From Deltaproteobacteria bacterium (GTDB lineage Bacteria > Myxococcota_A > Polyangia > Polyangiales > Ga0077539), in assembly GCA_016218725.1 (NCBI GenBank), contig JACRDB010000064.1, forward strand, positions 898-64,897: a stretch of 64,000 bases of DNA, given 5' to 3'. The notes under the pieces are model-generated. The model was not told the DNA's origin, did not search any database, and saw nothing but the letters and a program-made list of their open reading frames with translations. Positions 39,401 through 49,154 of this stretch are shown here, one piece after another. The stretch's first letter is position 1; the number at the start of each line of letters is the position of its first letter. Position numbers and translations under genes: made by a program.

Positions 39401-40855
39401 TCACCGTCGGAGCACGAGCTTCAGGTACCCATCGACCACGGCCCCGTAGGGCGGGCTACGGTACGGCGTGGCCGAGAAGCGCGACTGGTGGAACACGGGT
39501 TTGAGCATGGAGAAGGTCTCGAAGCCCTTCTCGCCGTGGTAGGCGCCCATGCCGCTCGGGCCGACGCCCCCGAAGGGCAGGTCCGGCTGGGCGAAGTGCA
39601 GCACCACGTCATTGACCACCACGCCCCCGGACACGGTGCCCTCCACGGCGCGCTGGACCACCGTGGAGTCCCTGGAGAACACATAGAACGCCAGGGGCCT
39701 CGGGCGGTCGTTCACCGCGGCCAGGGCGTCGTCCAGGGTGCCGTAGCCCAGCACCGGGAGCACCGGGCCGAAGAGCTCCTCCTGCATCACGGCCATGTCG
39801 TCCCGCACGCCCAGGAGCACCGTGGGGAGGAACTTGCGGCTCGTCTCCGGGGCGCTCTCCCCGCCGGGGTTGAGCTCCAGGACCTCGGCCCCGCCGGCGC
39901 GGGCCTCCTCCACCAGGGTCCGGAGCCGGGCGAGGTGCCGGTCGCTCACGATGGTGCTGTAGTCCGGGTTGTCCACCATGCGCGGGTACATCTTCGCCAC
40001 GGCCTTCTGGAGCGCGTCTACGAAGGCCCTCTCGCGCCCGGCGGGCACGAGCACATAGTCCGGCGCGATGCAGGTCTGGCCCGCGTTGAAGAGCTTGCCC
40101 GCGGCGATGCGCGCGGCGGCGTCCTCCAGGGGGTAGTCCCCGGCCACCAGGGCGGGGCTCTTGCCGCCGAGCTCAAGGGTGACCGGGACCAGGTTCTCCG
40201 CGGCGGCCCGCATGATGATCTTTCCAACGCGGGTGGAGCCCGTAAACACAAGGTGATCCAGGGGCAACCGTGAGAAGGCCTCGGCCACCTCGGGCCCGCC
40301 GGTGAGCACCTGGGCCACGTCGGGCTCAAAGGTCTCGGCCACCAGGTCTTCCAGCAGGGCCGAGGTGGTGGGCGTCAGCTCCGAGGGCTTGAACAGCACC
40401 CGGTTACCCGCGGCCAGGGCGCCCACCGCGGGGCCGAAGCACAGGTTCACCGGGTAGTTCCACGGGGCGATCACCCCCACCACCCCGAGGGGCTGCGGCA
40501 GGAGCTCCGCGTGGGCGGGCCTGCACGCCCAGTGGACGGGCCTGGGCCGGGGCTTCATCCACGCGGCGAGGTTGTTCCTCGCGTGGCGGCACTCCTCCAC
40601 GGTCAGGAGCACCTCGGCCATCAAGGTCTCGTGCCGGCTCCGGCTGCCGAAATCCTGGGAGATCGCGTTGGCGATGGCCTCCTGGCGCTTGATCAGCGTG
40701 CGCTCCAGCCGCGAGAGCCACCCCTGGCGCTCCTCGGCGCTGGGGGTGTGGGCCCGGGAGGCCCGCCGGAGCCGCTCGAAGGTGGCCTTCATGGCCGCGA
40801 AGGGCGGCTCCTCGGTGGTGCTGGCGGGGCTGTCCGCGTGGTGTGTCACGGTCAT
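39401..40855 (-). CDS. Aldehyde dehydrogenase (coniferyl-aldehyde/ALDH3-like)
   Basis: PWNYP, FTGSTRVG, LELGGKSP, GQTCIAPDY, EELFGP, FGGVGPSGMGAYHG. Confidence 0.95.
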   Translation of the reverse strand: MTVTHHADSPASTTEEPPFAAMKATFERLRRASRAHTPSAEERQGWLSRLERTLIKRQEAIANAISQDFGSRSRHETLMAEVLLTVEECRHARNNLAAWMKPRPRPVHWACRPAHAELLPQPLGVVGVIAPWNYPVNLCFGPAVGALAAGNRVLFKPSELTPTTSALLEDLVAETFEPDVAQVLTGGPEVAEAFSRLPLDHLVFTGSTRVGKIIMRAAAENLVPVTLELGGKSPALVAGDYPLEDAAARIAAGKLFNAGQTCIAPDYVLVPAGRERAFVDALQKAVAKMYPRMVDNPDYSTIVSDRHLARLRTLVEEARAGGAEVLELNPGGESAPETSRKFLPTVLLGVRDDMAVMQEELFGPVLPVLGYGTLDDALAAVNDRPRPLAFYVFSRDSTVVQRAVEGTVSGGVVVNDVVLHFAQPDLPFGGVGPSGMGAYHGEKGFETFSMLKPVFHQSRFSATPYRSPPYGAVVDGYLKLVLRR

Positions 40856-40965
40856 CGCTGGGCCTCCTCTGGGGGGGTATCGGGCCTGCGGAGCGTGGTC
40901 CCTGGTCTCCCCCGGCGCAAGGCTCTTTCCTCTCCTCGGCGCCGACGTTGCGGTACCATCGCCCC

Positions 40966-41568
40966 ATGAAGCGCTGCCCCTTCTGCGCAGAGGAGATCCA
41001 GAGCGAGGCCGTCAAGTGCAAGCACTGCGGCTCCATGGTCGACGGCTCGGCCCCCGCAGGCCCCCGGGCCGAGCCGGTCACCCTGATCTACGGCGGGGCC
41101 CCCTCCTGGAAGGGCCAGTTCTCTCGCTACCTGGGCGCCGCGGCGCTGGCGGTGCTGGGCCTTGTGGGGGCCCTTGCCGGCGCCTTTGTCTTCCTGCAAC
41201 CCCTACCCTTGAGCGCGGGCATCTCCGCGCCCTTCCTCCTCGGGGGTGTGGGGCTCTTCCTGGCCACGGAGCTCAAGCGCCGGGCCACACGCTACCGAAT
41301 CACCAGCCGCACGCTGGACGTGGAGTCCGGGCTCCTCTCCAAGAAGATCGACACGGTGCAGCTCTGGCGCGTGCGCGACGTGGAGTTCGAGCAGTCCCTC
41401 TTCGAGCGCATGCTCGGGGTGGCCCGGATCAAGGTGATGGCCCACGACAGCACGGACCCTACGCTCCTCCTCCGCGGCCTGCCGGACTCACGGGTGGTCT
41501 TCGAGCAGATCAAGATCGCCATCGAGAACGCCCGCCAGGGCCGCGGCATCCTGGGCGTCGTGGACTGA
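40966..41568 (+). CDS. Zn-ribbon + 2 TM + bacterial PH (bPH_2) domain protein
   Basis: MKRCPFCAEEI...KCKHCG, two hydrophobic helices, RYRIT...GLLSKK...LWRVRDV...SLFERMLG. Confidence 0.85.
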   Translation: MKRCPFCAEEIQSEAVKCKHCGSMVDGSAPAGPRAEPVTLIYGGAPSWKGQFSRYLGAAALAVLGLVGALAGAFVFLQPLPLSAGISAPFLLGGVGLFLATELKRRATRYRITSRTLDVESGLLSKKIDTVQLWRVRDVEFEQSLFERMLGVARIKVMAHDSTDPTLLLRGLPDSRVVFEQIKIAIENARQGRGILGVVD

Positions 41569-41574
41569 CCGAAC

Positions 41575-42048
41575 TCAAGCGTCTACGGCGCCGTCGACCG
41601 CACCAGCGTCCCGCACATCGGTGGGTGTCACGGTGTCGGATGCTGTGGTATCCAGTGGGGCGCTGTCGGGTGCTGTGGTGTCCGGTGGGGTGCTGTCGGG
41701 CGCTGTGGTGTCCGGTGGGGTGCTGTCAGGGGCGGCGTCCCGGGGCGAGTCCGTGGGCGCCGCGTCGATGGGAGCGTCTGGCGTCGGCGCGTCCGGCGAG
41801 GCGTCGGCGGAGGGTGCGTCCGCGGGCGGGGCGTCCGGCGCGTCGGGCGGGGCGGTGGGAGGGCCGTCCGCGGGGGCGGCGTCGAGCACCGTGGGGAGCA
41901 CGCAGCGGGAGGGGCCCGAGGGGGTGACCTCGCACAGGAGCCCCGAGGCGCACTCGCGGCTGGAGAGGCAGGTGTCACCCTGCTGGCGGGTGCCCTGGAT
42001 CGAGCAGCCCGCGAGCGCCAGGAGGAGTGCGAGGCCGGGCCTTCCCAT
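41575..42048 (-). CDS. Small lipoprotein with Cys motif and PD(A/S/T)-repeat tail
   Basis: Lipobox ALAGC, C-x5-C-x4-C-x8-C, low-complexity PPDST/PPDTT repeats. Confidence 0.7.
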   Translation of the reverse strand: MGRPGLALLLALAGCSIQGTRQQGDTCLSSRECASGLLCEVTPSGPSRCVLPTVLDAAPADGPPTAPPDAPDAPPADAPSADASPDAPTPDAPIDAAPTDSPRDAAPDSTPPDTTAPDSTPPDTTAPDSAPLDTTASDTVTPTDVRDAGAVDGAVDA

Positions 42049-42093
42049 GAGGGCCCCGACGGTACCACAGAGCTCCCCGGGCGCTCTGGAAAG

Positions 42094-44028
42094 CTACAAG
42101 CGCAGGGCCTCCCAGAAGGCCCGCACCTCGTCCAGGGTGGCGCAGCGGGTGGCCGGCGGCAGCGAGCGCAGGAGCGTGGCCCCGTAGCGCCGCGTGAGGA
42201 TCCGACGGTCCAGGATCGCCACGATCCCGGCGTCCCGGCGGGTGCGCACCAGGCGCCCGAAGCCCTGCTTCAGGCTCAGGGCCGCGGAGGGCACCTGGAA
42301 GCGCTCGAAGGGGTCCTCCCCGCGGGCCGTCAGGCGCTGGATCCGCGCGGAGGTCACCGGGTCATTGGGGGCCTCGAAGGGCAGCTTGTCCATGATCACC
42401 AGGCGCAGGGCCCGACCCGGCACGTCCACGCCCTCCCAGAAGCTCGCGGTGGCGAAGAGCACGCCGTCCCCGGCGGCGCGGAAGCGCTCCAGGAGCGCGC
42501 GCTTGGGGGCCTCGCCCTGGACCCAGGTGGGGTAGCTCCAGGTGCCCCGCAGGGCCTCGTGCAGGGCCCTCATCACCCGCACCGAGGTGCAGAGCACAAA
42601 CGCCCCTCCGCGGGTGAGGTCCACCAGGCGACGGATCTCCCCGAGGGCGCCGTCGGTCCAGCCGGGGTCTCGGGGCTCCGGCAGGCCCCGGGGGATGTAG
42701 AGCCCGGCCTGGCGCGCGTAGTCGAACGGAGACGACAGGCAGAGCTCCCGCGCCTCTTCGGGCACGCCCAGGCGCTGCCGGAGGAAGGCGAAGTCTCCGC
42801 CCGTGGAGAGCGTGGCGCTGGTGAGCACCACGGCGCCCCGGCGGCTCCAGAGCTTCTCCTGGAGGAGGGCGCCGATCTCCACCGGCGAGGCCCCCACGGC
42901 GCCGCCCCCTCGGGCCTCGGGCTCCGCGAAGGTGACGTGGGTGGCGCTCTCCGGGTCCCGGAGGATGCGCAGCGCCTCGGCCAGCGCCGTGGTGCGCCGC
43001 GAGACGGACAGGAGCATGTCGTTGGTGCCCACGAAGTCCCGCAGGTGGCCGCCAAGGCTCGCGAGTCCGTCCGAGAGCTGCGAGGCCCCGAGGCCGAACT
43101 CGCCCTCCAGGTGCTCCCGCGCCAGGAGCACGCGCCCTCCGCCCCCGCGGGGGATGGACGCGAAGAGCCTCACGGCCCCCGCGGAGAGCGCCAGGAGCGT
43201 GCCCCCGAGGGCCCTCTCGCGGTCGCGGTCGAGGAAGAAGCCCGAAGCCCTCAGGGCCTTGTCGGCGTCGCGCACCAGGGCGTCCACCCTGGCGCGGGTG
43301 ACCCTCACGCCGAAGAACTCCGTGGCCACGTCCTCGAGCGCGTGGGCCTCGTCAAAGATTACCGCGTCGTAGTCGGGCAGGGCCTGGGCGCCCCCGAGGC
43401 CCCGCAGGGCCATGTCCGCGCAGAAGAGGTGGTGGTTGGTCACCACGAGCTGCGCGGCCTCCGCGGCGCGGCGCATGCGCGTCACGAAGCACTGGTCATA
43501 GAACCGGCACTTGCCCCCGAGGCGCGTCTCCGACGAGGAGCTCACTTCGCGCCACACCGGGGCCTCCTCGGGCACCGAGGCCAGCTCCGAGCGGTCCCCG
43601 GTGGCGGTGTCCTCCACCCAGGAGAGCACCTCGTCGAAGCCCGCCTCCGCGGCCACGGCGCCCGTGGCGACGCCCTGGCGATACTCCTCCAGCCTCCGGA
43701 GGCAGACGTAGTTCCCGAGGCCCTTGACCAGCGCCACGTCGGGGTAGAGCCCCAGGGCCCGGAGCGTGGGCAGGTCCTTCTCCAGGAGCTGCTCGCCCAG
43801 GGCCCGGGTGGCCGTGGAGATCACCACCCGCTGGTGTGACAGCGCCGCGGGGACCAGGTACGCCAGGCTCTTCCCGGTGCCCGTCCCGGCCTCCACCAGC
43901 AGCCCATGGCCCTCGTCCAGCGCGGCGGTGACCGCGTCGGCCATGAGGTTCTGCTCGTCCCGGGCCTCGTAGCCCCGCAGCACCCGAGACAGGGGTCCCC
44001 CGGCAGAGAGCAGCGCCCGGGTGTTCAT
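42094..44028 (-). CDS. DinG/YoaA family ATP-dependent helicase (Fe-S type)
   Basis: EAGTGTGKS, KGLGNYVC, VVTNH, FDEAH, LTSATL, SPFDY, SFWEGVDVPG, KLPF, QGFGRLVR. Confidence 0.95.
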   Translation of the reverse strand: MNTRALLSAGGPLSRVLRGYEARDEQNLMADAVTAALDEGHGLLVEAGTGTGKSLAYLVPAALSHQRVVISTATRALGEQLLEKDLPTLRALGLYPDVALVKGLGNYVCLRRLEEYRQGVATGAVAAEAGFDEVLSWVEDTATGDRSELASVPEEAPVWREVSSSSETRLGGKCRFYDQCFVTRMRRAAEAAQLVVTNHHLFCADMALRGLGGAQALPDYDAVIFDEAHALEDVATEFFGVRVTRARVDALVRDADKALRASGFFLDRDRERALGGTLLALSAGAVRLFASIPRGGGGRVLLAREHLEGEFGLGASQLSDGLASLGGHLRDFVGTNDMLLSVSRRTTALAEALRILRDPESATHVTFAEPEARGGGAVGASPVEIGALLQEKLWSRRGAVVLTSATLSTGGDFAFLRQRLGVPEEARELCLSSPFDYARQAGLYIPRGLPEPRDPGWTDGALGEIRRLVDLTRGGAFVLCTSVRVMRALHEALRGTWSYPTWVQGEAPKRALLERFRAAGDGVLFATASFWEGVDVPGRALRLVIMDKLPFEAPNDPVTSARIQRLTARGEDPFERFQVPSAALSLKQGFGRLVRTRRDAGIVAILDRRILTRRYGATLLRSLPPATRCATLDEVRAFWEALRL

Positions 44029-44129
44029 CGACGGCACTCCCCGGTCTACCACGGGCGGACACCACCCTCCCAGGAGAGTGACATATCCTGTCCGGAGCTC
44101 CGGGGAGGCGTCGAGGGACGCTGGGGCCT

Positions 44130-46175
44130 TCAGCCCGGCGGGAGCGTGGCGATGTCGAGGGTGTAGGTGCCGACGGCGGCGGGGCCGCAGCCCGAGACGA
44201 AGACCCAGTAGGTGCCGGGGTTCAGGGTGATGTCCACCTGGGCGTTGTTGCCGATGACGTCATCGCTGCAGGCGTTCATCACGGGGGTGCCCGGGCAGGA
44301 CATGCCGCTGTAGAAGAACAAGAGGGTATCGTAGGAGCCGTCCAGGCGGGCGATCACGCGGCGGCGCTCGGTGAGGTCCATGCGGTAGACCACCTCGCGG
44401 CCTCCCATACACCCCGGGGCGCACTGGGAGCTGGCGACGCGGTCGGCCATGGTCGTGGAGCCCGTGAAGACCCCACCCATGGAGGGAATGGTGCGCGCGG
44501 ACATGCACGAGAGGTTGCCCATCACCATGGCGGGGGTGGCCGCCGGGAGGGTGAAGTACCGCGCCGAGAGGTTGCCCGAGGTGGCGTTGGTGGACGCCTG
44601 GAGGGTGTAGGTGGCCCCGGGGGTCAGCGCCCGGAAGCGCTGCCAGATGGAGGTGCCCATGTCCCCACCCGTGGAGAGCGCGCAGGGACCGGCGGCCATG
44701 CCGTCGCAGGTGGCGCGGAGCTGGAGCGCGGCCCCGCCGCGGTTCGTGGCGACGTTCACCAGCACGTCGGTGCCCATGCCGGGGCCCACGAAGCTGAAGT
44801 TGGCGTCGGTCCTCGGGGTCATGCCCGCGCAGGGGATGGCCGTCATGGAGGGCGTCAGGCCCGCGATGTCCGCGGTGGAGGCCGTTGCCGCCGTGAGGGC
44901 CACGCCGGGGCAGCGGTCCGCCGGGGGCGTAGGCGTGGGCATCGCCGTGGTGACGTTCACCACCAGCGTGCGGGCGGTGGTCCCGACGCGCGTCTCCGCG
45001 GTGATGTAGTACGTCCCCGCGGCCTGGTTGCGGAAGACCCTCCGGGTGGGGTTGCCCGCGCTGCACGCGGCGATCGCAGATGCCCGCGCCCCGCACATGG
45101 CGGAGACGTCCACGGCGACCTCGCCGGAGCCCGTGGCGCTGACGTCCACGGTGACGTCCCGGGGCGCCGTGAGCGTGTATTGGAACACCGCGTCGGCCCA
45201 GCCGCCGCCGGAGCCGTTGGAGCCGCAGTTGGTGCCGGTGTCCGCCTCGGTGGCGAAGCCCATCAGGCTCAGGGCCTGGGGGCCCGAGTCGGGCATCACC
45301 ATGACGCCCGGGCAGGTGTCCCCAGGCAGGCGGGGCCTGGGCATGGAGATCGTGGCCTGAACGATGGCCGGGAAGCCTCGGGCGCTGGTGACCACCACCC
45401 AGTAGTTGCCCGCTGGGAGCGAGAGGGCCTGCACCCGGGCGGTGCCCCCCGCGGCCATGGAGCTGCTGTTGGAGCACCGCAGCTCGCTGGTCCGCGCGCA
45501 GGAGGCGCCGTTCATGAGCCCGATGAGCACCGCGTCGCCGCCCGTGGGCATCCCCGTGATCACCACGTCCGACGGGGCCGTGAGCGTGAGCGGGAGCACC
45601 GCGTCCGGTCCCGTCCCCGTGGAGGTCCCGGCGCAGGAGAGGTTCACGTCGTGGCGGAGGCCCGTAAAGGACACCGTGCGCGGGCGGCCGTCATTGAAGT
45701 TCGGGCACGGCCCCGGCGCCGCGGGCGGGCACACGTCGGTCCAGCCGCCCATGGTGCAGGTGACGGGCCTCGTGTCCGCGGGCGCGTCCGAGGGAGGGAC
45801 CCCCGTGTCCATGGGAGGGACCCCCGTGTCCATGGGAGGGACCCCCGTGTCCATGGGAGGGATCCCCGTGTCCGTGGGAGGGATCCCCGTGTCCTCGGGG
45901 GGCGTGCCCGTGTCCTCCGGGGGGATGCCCGTGTCCTCGGGGGGCGTGCCCGTGTCCTCCGGGGGTACGCCGGTGTCCGTGGGGGGCACCGCCGTTTCCT
46001 CCGGGGGGGTGCCCGTGTCGCCGGGCCGTGAGTCCTGCGTGGTGGTGTCGCCGGGGAGCGAGTCCGCGGCGGCGTCGCCGGCTTCCGAGGTTCCCGTGTC
46101 CATCGGCATCACGGCGGTGGAGCCGCACGCCGCGAGCGCGCCGAGGAGGGGTACAAAGAGCCATGACCTGCGCAT
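44130..46175 (-). CDS. Surface lipoprotein with DTG-heptad linker and repeated PPC-like domains
   Basis: Lipobox LAAC and about 9 D-T-G-x-P-P-x heptads. Repeated D-x-V-(F/Y)-x-(L/F)-T-L-x3-R modules, each with a Cys pair. Confidence 0.8.
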   Translation of the reverse strand: MRRSWLFVPLLGALAACGSTAVMPMDTGTSEAGDAAADSLPGDTTTQDSRPGDTGTPPEETAVPPTDTGVPPEDTGTPPEDTGIPPEDTGTPPEDTGIPPTDTGIPPMDTGVPPMDTGVPPMDTGVPPSDAPADTRPVTCTMGGWTDVCPPAAPGPCPNFNDGRPRTVSFTGLRHDVNLSCAGTSTGTGPDAVLPLTLTAPSDVVITGMPTGGDAVLIGLMNGASCARTSELRCSNSSSMAAGGTARVQALSLPAGNYWVVVTSARGFPAIVQATISMPRPRLPGDTCPGVMVMPDSGPQALSLMGFATEADTGTNCGSNGSGGGWADAVFQYTLTAPRDVTVDVSATGSGEVAVDVSAMCGARASAIAACSAGNPTRRVFRNQAAGTYYITAETRVGTTARTLVVNVTTAMPTPTPPADRCPGVALTAATASTADIAGLTPSMTAIPCAGMTPRTDANFSFVGPGMGTDVLVNVATNRGGAALQLRATCDGMAAGPCALSTGGDMGTSIWQRFRALTPGATYTLQASTNATSGNLSARYFTLPAATPAMVMGNLSCMSARTIPSMGGVFTGSTTMADRVASSQCAPGCMGGREVVYRMDLTERRRVIARLDGSYDTLLFFYSGMSCPGTPVMNACSDDVIGNNAQVDITLNPGTYWVFVSGCGPAAVGTYTLDIATLPPG

Positions 46176-46331
46176 CTTGGAGTCTCCGGTGGGGAGCGGC
46201 TGCCACCCGGCAACCCCCGCGCCGGGAAGATACCCCGTCCGCGCACGGCGGTGCAGTGTGGAACCGATCCCGCACGGTGCGGCGGCGATGTCCCAGGAAA
46301 AGGTAATTTCTGGCCGCCGGTGGGCGGTGGT

Positions 46332-47120
46332 TCAGTTGGCCAGGCCCTGCCACCGGACGAGGCAGACGGTGATGTTGTCCGGGCCGCCGTTCTCGTTGGC
46401 CTTGGCGATGAGCTTCGAGGCGGCGGTGCGCAGGTCCGCGCGGTTCTCGTCCACGATGGACAGGAGGTCCGGGTCCGTGACGGGGCCCGAGAGCCCGTCG
46501 GAGCACAGGAGGAAGATGTCCCCCACCTGGGGGTGCTCCAGGTGGGCGTCCACGCGGACCGTGTCTTTCATCCCCAGGGCCCGGACGATCACGTTCTTGT
46601 GGGGGAAATTGGCGATCTCCTCCGGGGTGAGCTTGCGCATCTTGAGGTAGTCGTTGAGGAGCGAGTGGTCCTCGGTGAGCTGGTCGATGGCGCTCCCGCG
46701 GATGCGGTACACCCTGGAGTCCCCGACGTGGCCGACGATCACGCCCTCGCGCACGGCGGCCACCACCACGATGGTGGTGCCCATGCCGCGGTACCGGGGC
46801 TCCCGCTGGGCGTTCTCGAAGATCCGGAGGTTGGCCAGCTTGACGCCGGTGATCAGCCGGTTCTCCTCGTAGCTGCGGCTCTTGTCCATCTTGTACGGCC
46901 AGGTCGCGTCCGGGTCCTTGGCCGTGGCCTCGAAGAACTCCTTGAGCGCCTCCACGGCCATCTTGGACGCCACCTCGCCGGAGGCATGGCCGCCCATGCC
47001 GTCCGCCACGATCACCAGGTTCTCGTCCGGGATGATCGCGAAGTTGTCCTCGTTGTGCGTGCGCTTCATGCCGACGTTCGTCTCTCCGAACATCTCCATG
47101 CGCACGGGCAGGTTGGCCAC
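46332..47120 (-). CDS. PP2C-family Ser/Thr protein phosphatase (Stp1/IreP-like)
   Basis: GMKRTHNEDN, VADGMGGHASGEVAS, MGTT, HVGDSRVY, LLCSDGL, GGPDNIT. Confidence 0.95.
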   Translation of the reverse strand: MANLPVRMEMFGETNVGMKRTHNEDNFAIIPDENLVIVADGMGGHASGEVASKMAVEALKEFFEATAKDPDATWPYKMDKSRSYEENRLITGVKLANLRIFENAQREPRYRGMGTTIVVVAAVREGVIVGHVGDSRVYRIRGSAIDQLTEDHSLLNDYLKMRKLTPEEIANFPHKNVIVRALGMKDTVRVDAHLEHPQVGDIFLLCSDGLSGPVTDPDLLSIVDENRADLRTAASKLIAKANENGGPDNITVCLVRWQGLAN

Positions 47121-47229
47121 GCCGGGTCCCTCTCTCAGGTACGCTCCGGGGAAACGCTCCGCCGCAGCGTCGGGGGAAGCTATCGTGACGGCGCGAGGGC
47201 CGTCAACACACTCGCGCAAGAACGCCCGC

Positions 47230-48159
47230 TCAGGGCCTCCTCCCGGGCCTGGGCGCCGGGTCGAGGAAGGCCTCCACCACGGCCCGGAAGGCCCCCGGAC
47301 TCTCCACGAAGGGCAGGTGCCCGGCCTCGGCCAGGGCCACATAGCGCCCGTGGGGCAGGGCGTCGGCCAGGCCCCGGCACTCCCCGGGCAGGAAGGTCCG
47401 GTCCGAGGCCCCGGCGACCACCAGCACCGGCACCCGGACCTCCGGGGCCAGGAGCCTGCCGTCCCAGCGCAGCGCGGCCACCAGGAAGCCCGCGTCGGCC
47501 TCGGCGCGGTACCGGGTCCGGGCCGTGAGCCTCGCGACGGTGTCCTCCGAGGGTGGCCGGTGCCACCACATGGCCCCCAGGGCCCTCACCAGCGCCGGGA
47601 GGCTCCCGGGGTCCCGGAGCGTCCCCTGCGGGGTGCTGAGCGCCCGTATCGCCCCCTGACCCGCCTCTCCGAGGGTCTCCCGGGTCCTTGCCCCCACGGC
47701 CCGTACCTGCTCGGCGTCCCGCAGGGGAGCCACCAGCACCACCTTGCGGACGGCCACGGGGTGCCTCGCCGCGAGGGACAGCGCCACCGCCGCGCCGAAG
47801 TCATGCGCCAGGACGTCCACCTGTCCGTAGTGCCTTCGCAGCACCAGGGCGTGGAGGTCCTCGGCGGCGGCCTCGATGCTGTAGCCCTCGGAGCTGGGCG
47901 GGGCGCTGCTCCGTCCGTGCCCTCGGAGGTCCACGTAGACCAGCCTCCGGCGCTCGGAGAGGGCGTCCATCCAGGGCCGCAGGTAGCCGTGATCGAGCCC
48001 GGGGCCTCCGTGGAGGACCAGGAGCACCGGCCAGGTGCGCGCCCCCACGTCCACCACCCGGAGGGTGACCCCGGCCAGGGGCTCGTCCCGTGCCGTGCCG
48101 TGCCGGAGCTCCGGGTCGCTGCGGGTACACGCCACCCACGCCAACGCCCCCCATGCCAT
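47230..48159 (-). CDS. Alpha/beta hydrolase
   Basis: LHGGPG, YVDLRGHGRS, AHDFG nucleophile elbow, AGHLPFVE. Start uncertain. Confidence 0.8.
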   Translation of the reverse strand: MAWGALAWVACTRSDPELRHGTARDEPLAGVTLRVVDVGARTWPVLLVLHGGPGLDHGYLRPWMDALSERRRLVYVDLRGHGRSSAPPSSEGYSIEAAAEDLHALVLRRHYGQVDVLAHDFGAAVALSLAARHPVAVRKVVLVAPLRDAEQVRAVGARTRETLGEAGQGAIRALSTPQGTLRDPGSLPALVRALGAMWWHRPPSEDTVARLTARTRYRAEADAGFLVAALRWDGRLLAPEVRVPVLVVAGASDRTFLPGECRGLADALPHGRYVALAEAGHLPFVESPGAFRAVVEAFLDPAPRPGRRP

Positions 48160-48220
48160 CCGCGTGCCCTTCACACCCCCAAGAGTGGCCCGTCCTCGCT
48201 GTGCGGTGGTAGGAAATGCC

Positions 48221-49135
48221 GTGCGCGACGAACTCCTGGAGCTCACCCGGCGCTTCGCCACCCACGTCGCCTGGCAGCGGGAGCTCGGCGCCCGGGACTT
48301 CCCCACCGAAGGCCCCTGGCCCGAGGGCGCATTCACACATCCGCCCACACCCCCCGAGGTGTCGGTGGAGGTCTCCCTTCTGGCGACCTCACCCCCCGGC
48401 CCCCTCGCCCTGGCAGGAGAGGGGGAGCCAGAAGAGAATAACCTGTTGGAATCACAGAAGAATCTCCACTCTGTCTCCCCCTCTCCCGACCGGGAGAGGG
48501 GGCCGGGGGGTGAGGTCGCCGAAGGGGCGCTGGACGAGGCCGGGCGCCGGGTAGCGCTCGCGGTGATCGCGGAGGAGATCGCGGGCTGCCACAAGTGCGG
48601 CCTGGCGGCGCGGAGGACAAAGACGGTCCCGTGCCGCGGGAACCCGATGGCGAGGCTGGCCTTTGTGGGCGAGGGGCCCGGGCGCGACGAAGACCTCCAG
48701 GGATTGCCCTTCGTGGGCGCCGCGGGGCAGCTCCTGGACAAGATCATCGCGGCGATGGGCCTGTACCGCGAGAGGGACGTCTGGATCGGGAACATCGTGA
48801 AGTGCCGACCGCCCAACAACCGTACGCCAGAGGCCGCGGAGATGAGCGCCTGTACGCCGTTCCTGGTGCGGCAGCTCGGGGTGACGCGCCCGGAGGTGAT
48901 CGTGGCCCTGGGCAAGACCGCGGCGGGGTTTCTCCTCGGGTCTCGGGAGTCCATGGGGAGGCTCCGGGGCCGCTGGGGTGCGTTCCAGGGCGTACCGGTC
49001 CTGCCGACCTGGCACCCCTCGTACCTCCTGCGGCAGGAGGAGAGCGGGGATCGCTCGGCGCGGAAGGAGACCTGGGAGGACATGCAGCTCGTGCTCAAGC
49101 GCCTGGGTCTTTCGGTCCCGACCAGGGCGCGCTAG
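48221..49135 (+). CDS. udg: Uracil-DNA glycosylase family 4 (Fe-S)
   Basis: CHKC, VGEGPG..ED..G.PFVG.AGQLL, KCRPPNNRTP, PTWHPSYLLR. GTG start at 48221. Confidence 0.93.
   Translation: MRDELLELTRRFATHVAWQRELGARDFPTEGPWPEGAFTHPPTPPEVSVEVSLLATSPPGPLALAGEGEPEENNLLESQKNLHSVSPSPDRERGPGGEVAEGALDEAGRRVALAVIAEEIAGCHKCGLAARRTKTVPCRGNPMARLAFVGEGPGRDEDLQGLPFVGAAGQLLDKIIAAMGLYRERDVWIGNIVKCRPPNNRTPEAAEMSACTPFLVRQLGVTRPEVIVALGKTAAGFLLGSRESMGRLRGRWGAFQGVPVLPTWHPSYLLRQEESGDRSARKETWEDMQLVLKRLGLSVPTRAR
48382..48520. repeat. Palindromic (REP/MITE-like) element within the udg coding sequence
   Basis: Perfect 25-bp inverted repeat (48382-48406 / 48496-48520) with a nested perfect 12-bp inverted repeat (48416-48427 / 48475-48486) around an AT-rich core. 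Confidence 0.85.
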
Positions 49136-49154
49136 AGGGTCCCCAGCGCGCGCG

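Noticed and set aside
40905-40925. Sigma-54 promoter upstream of the ALDH operon (minus strand AGGAAAGAGCCTTGCG)
   Set aside because: The GG-N10-GC spacing fits, but the -24 half is far from TGGCAC and there is no supporting IHF-like tract.
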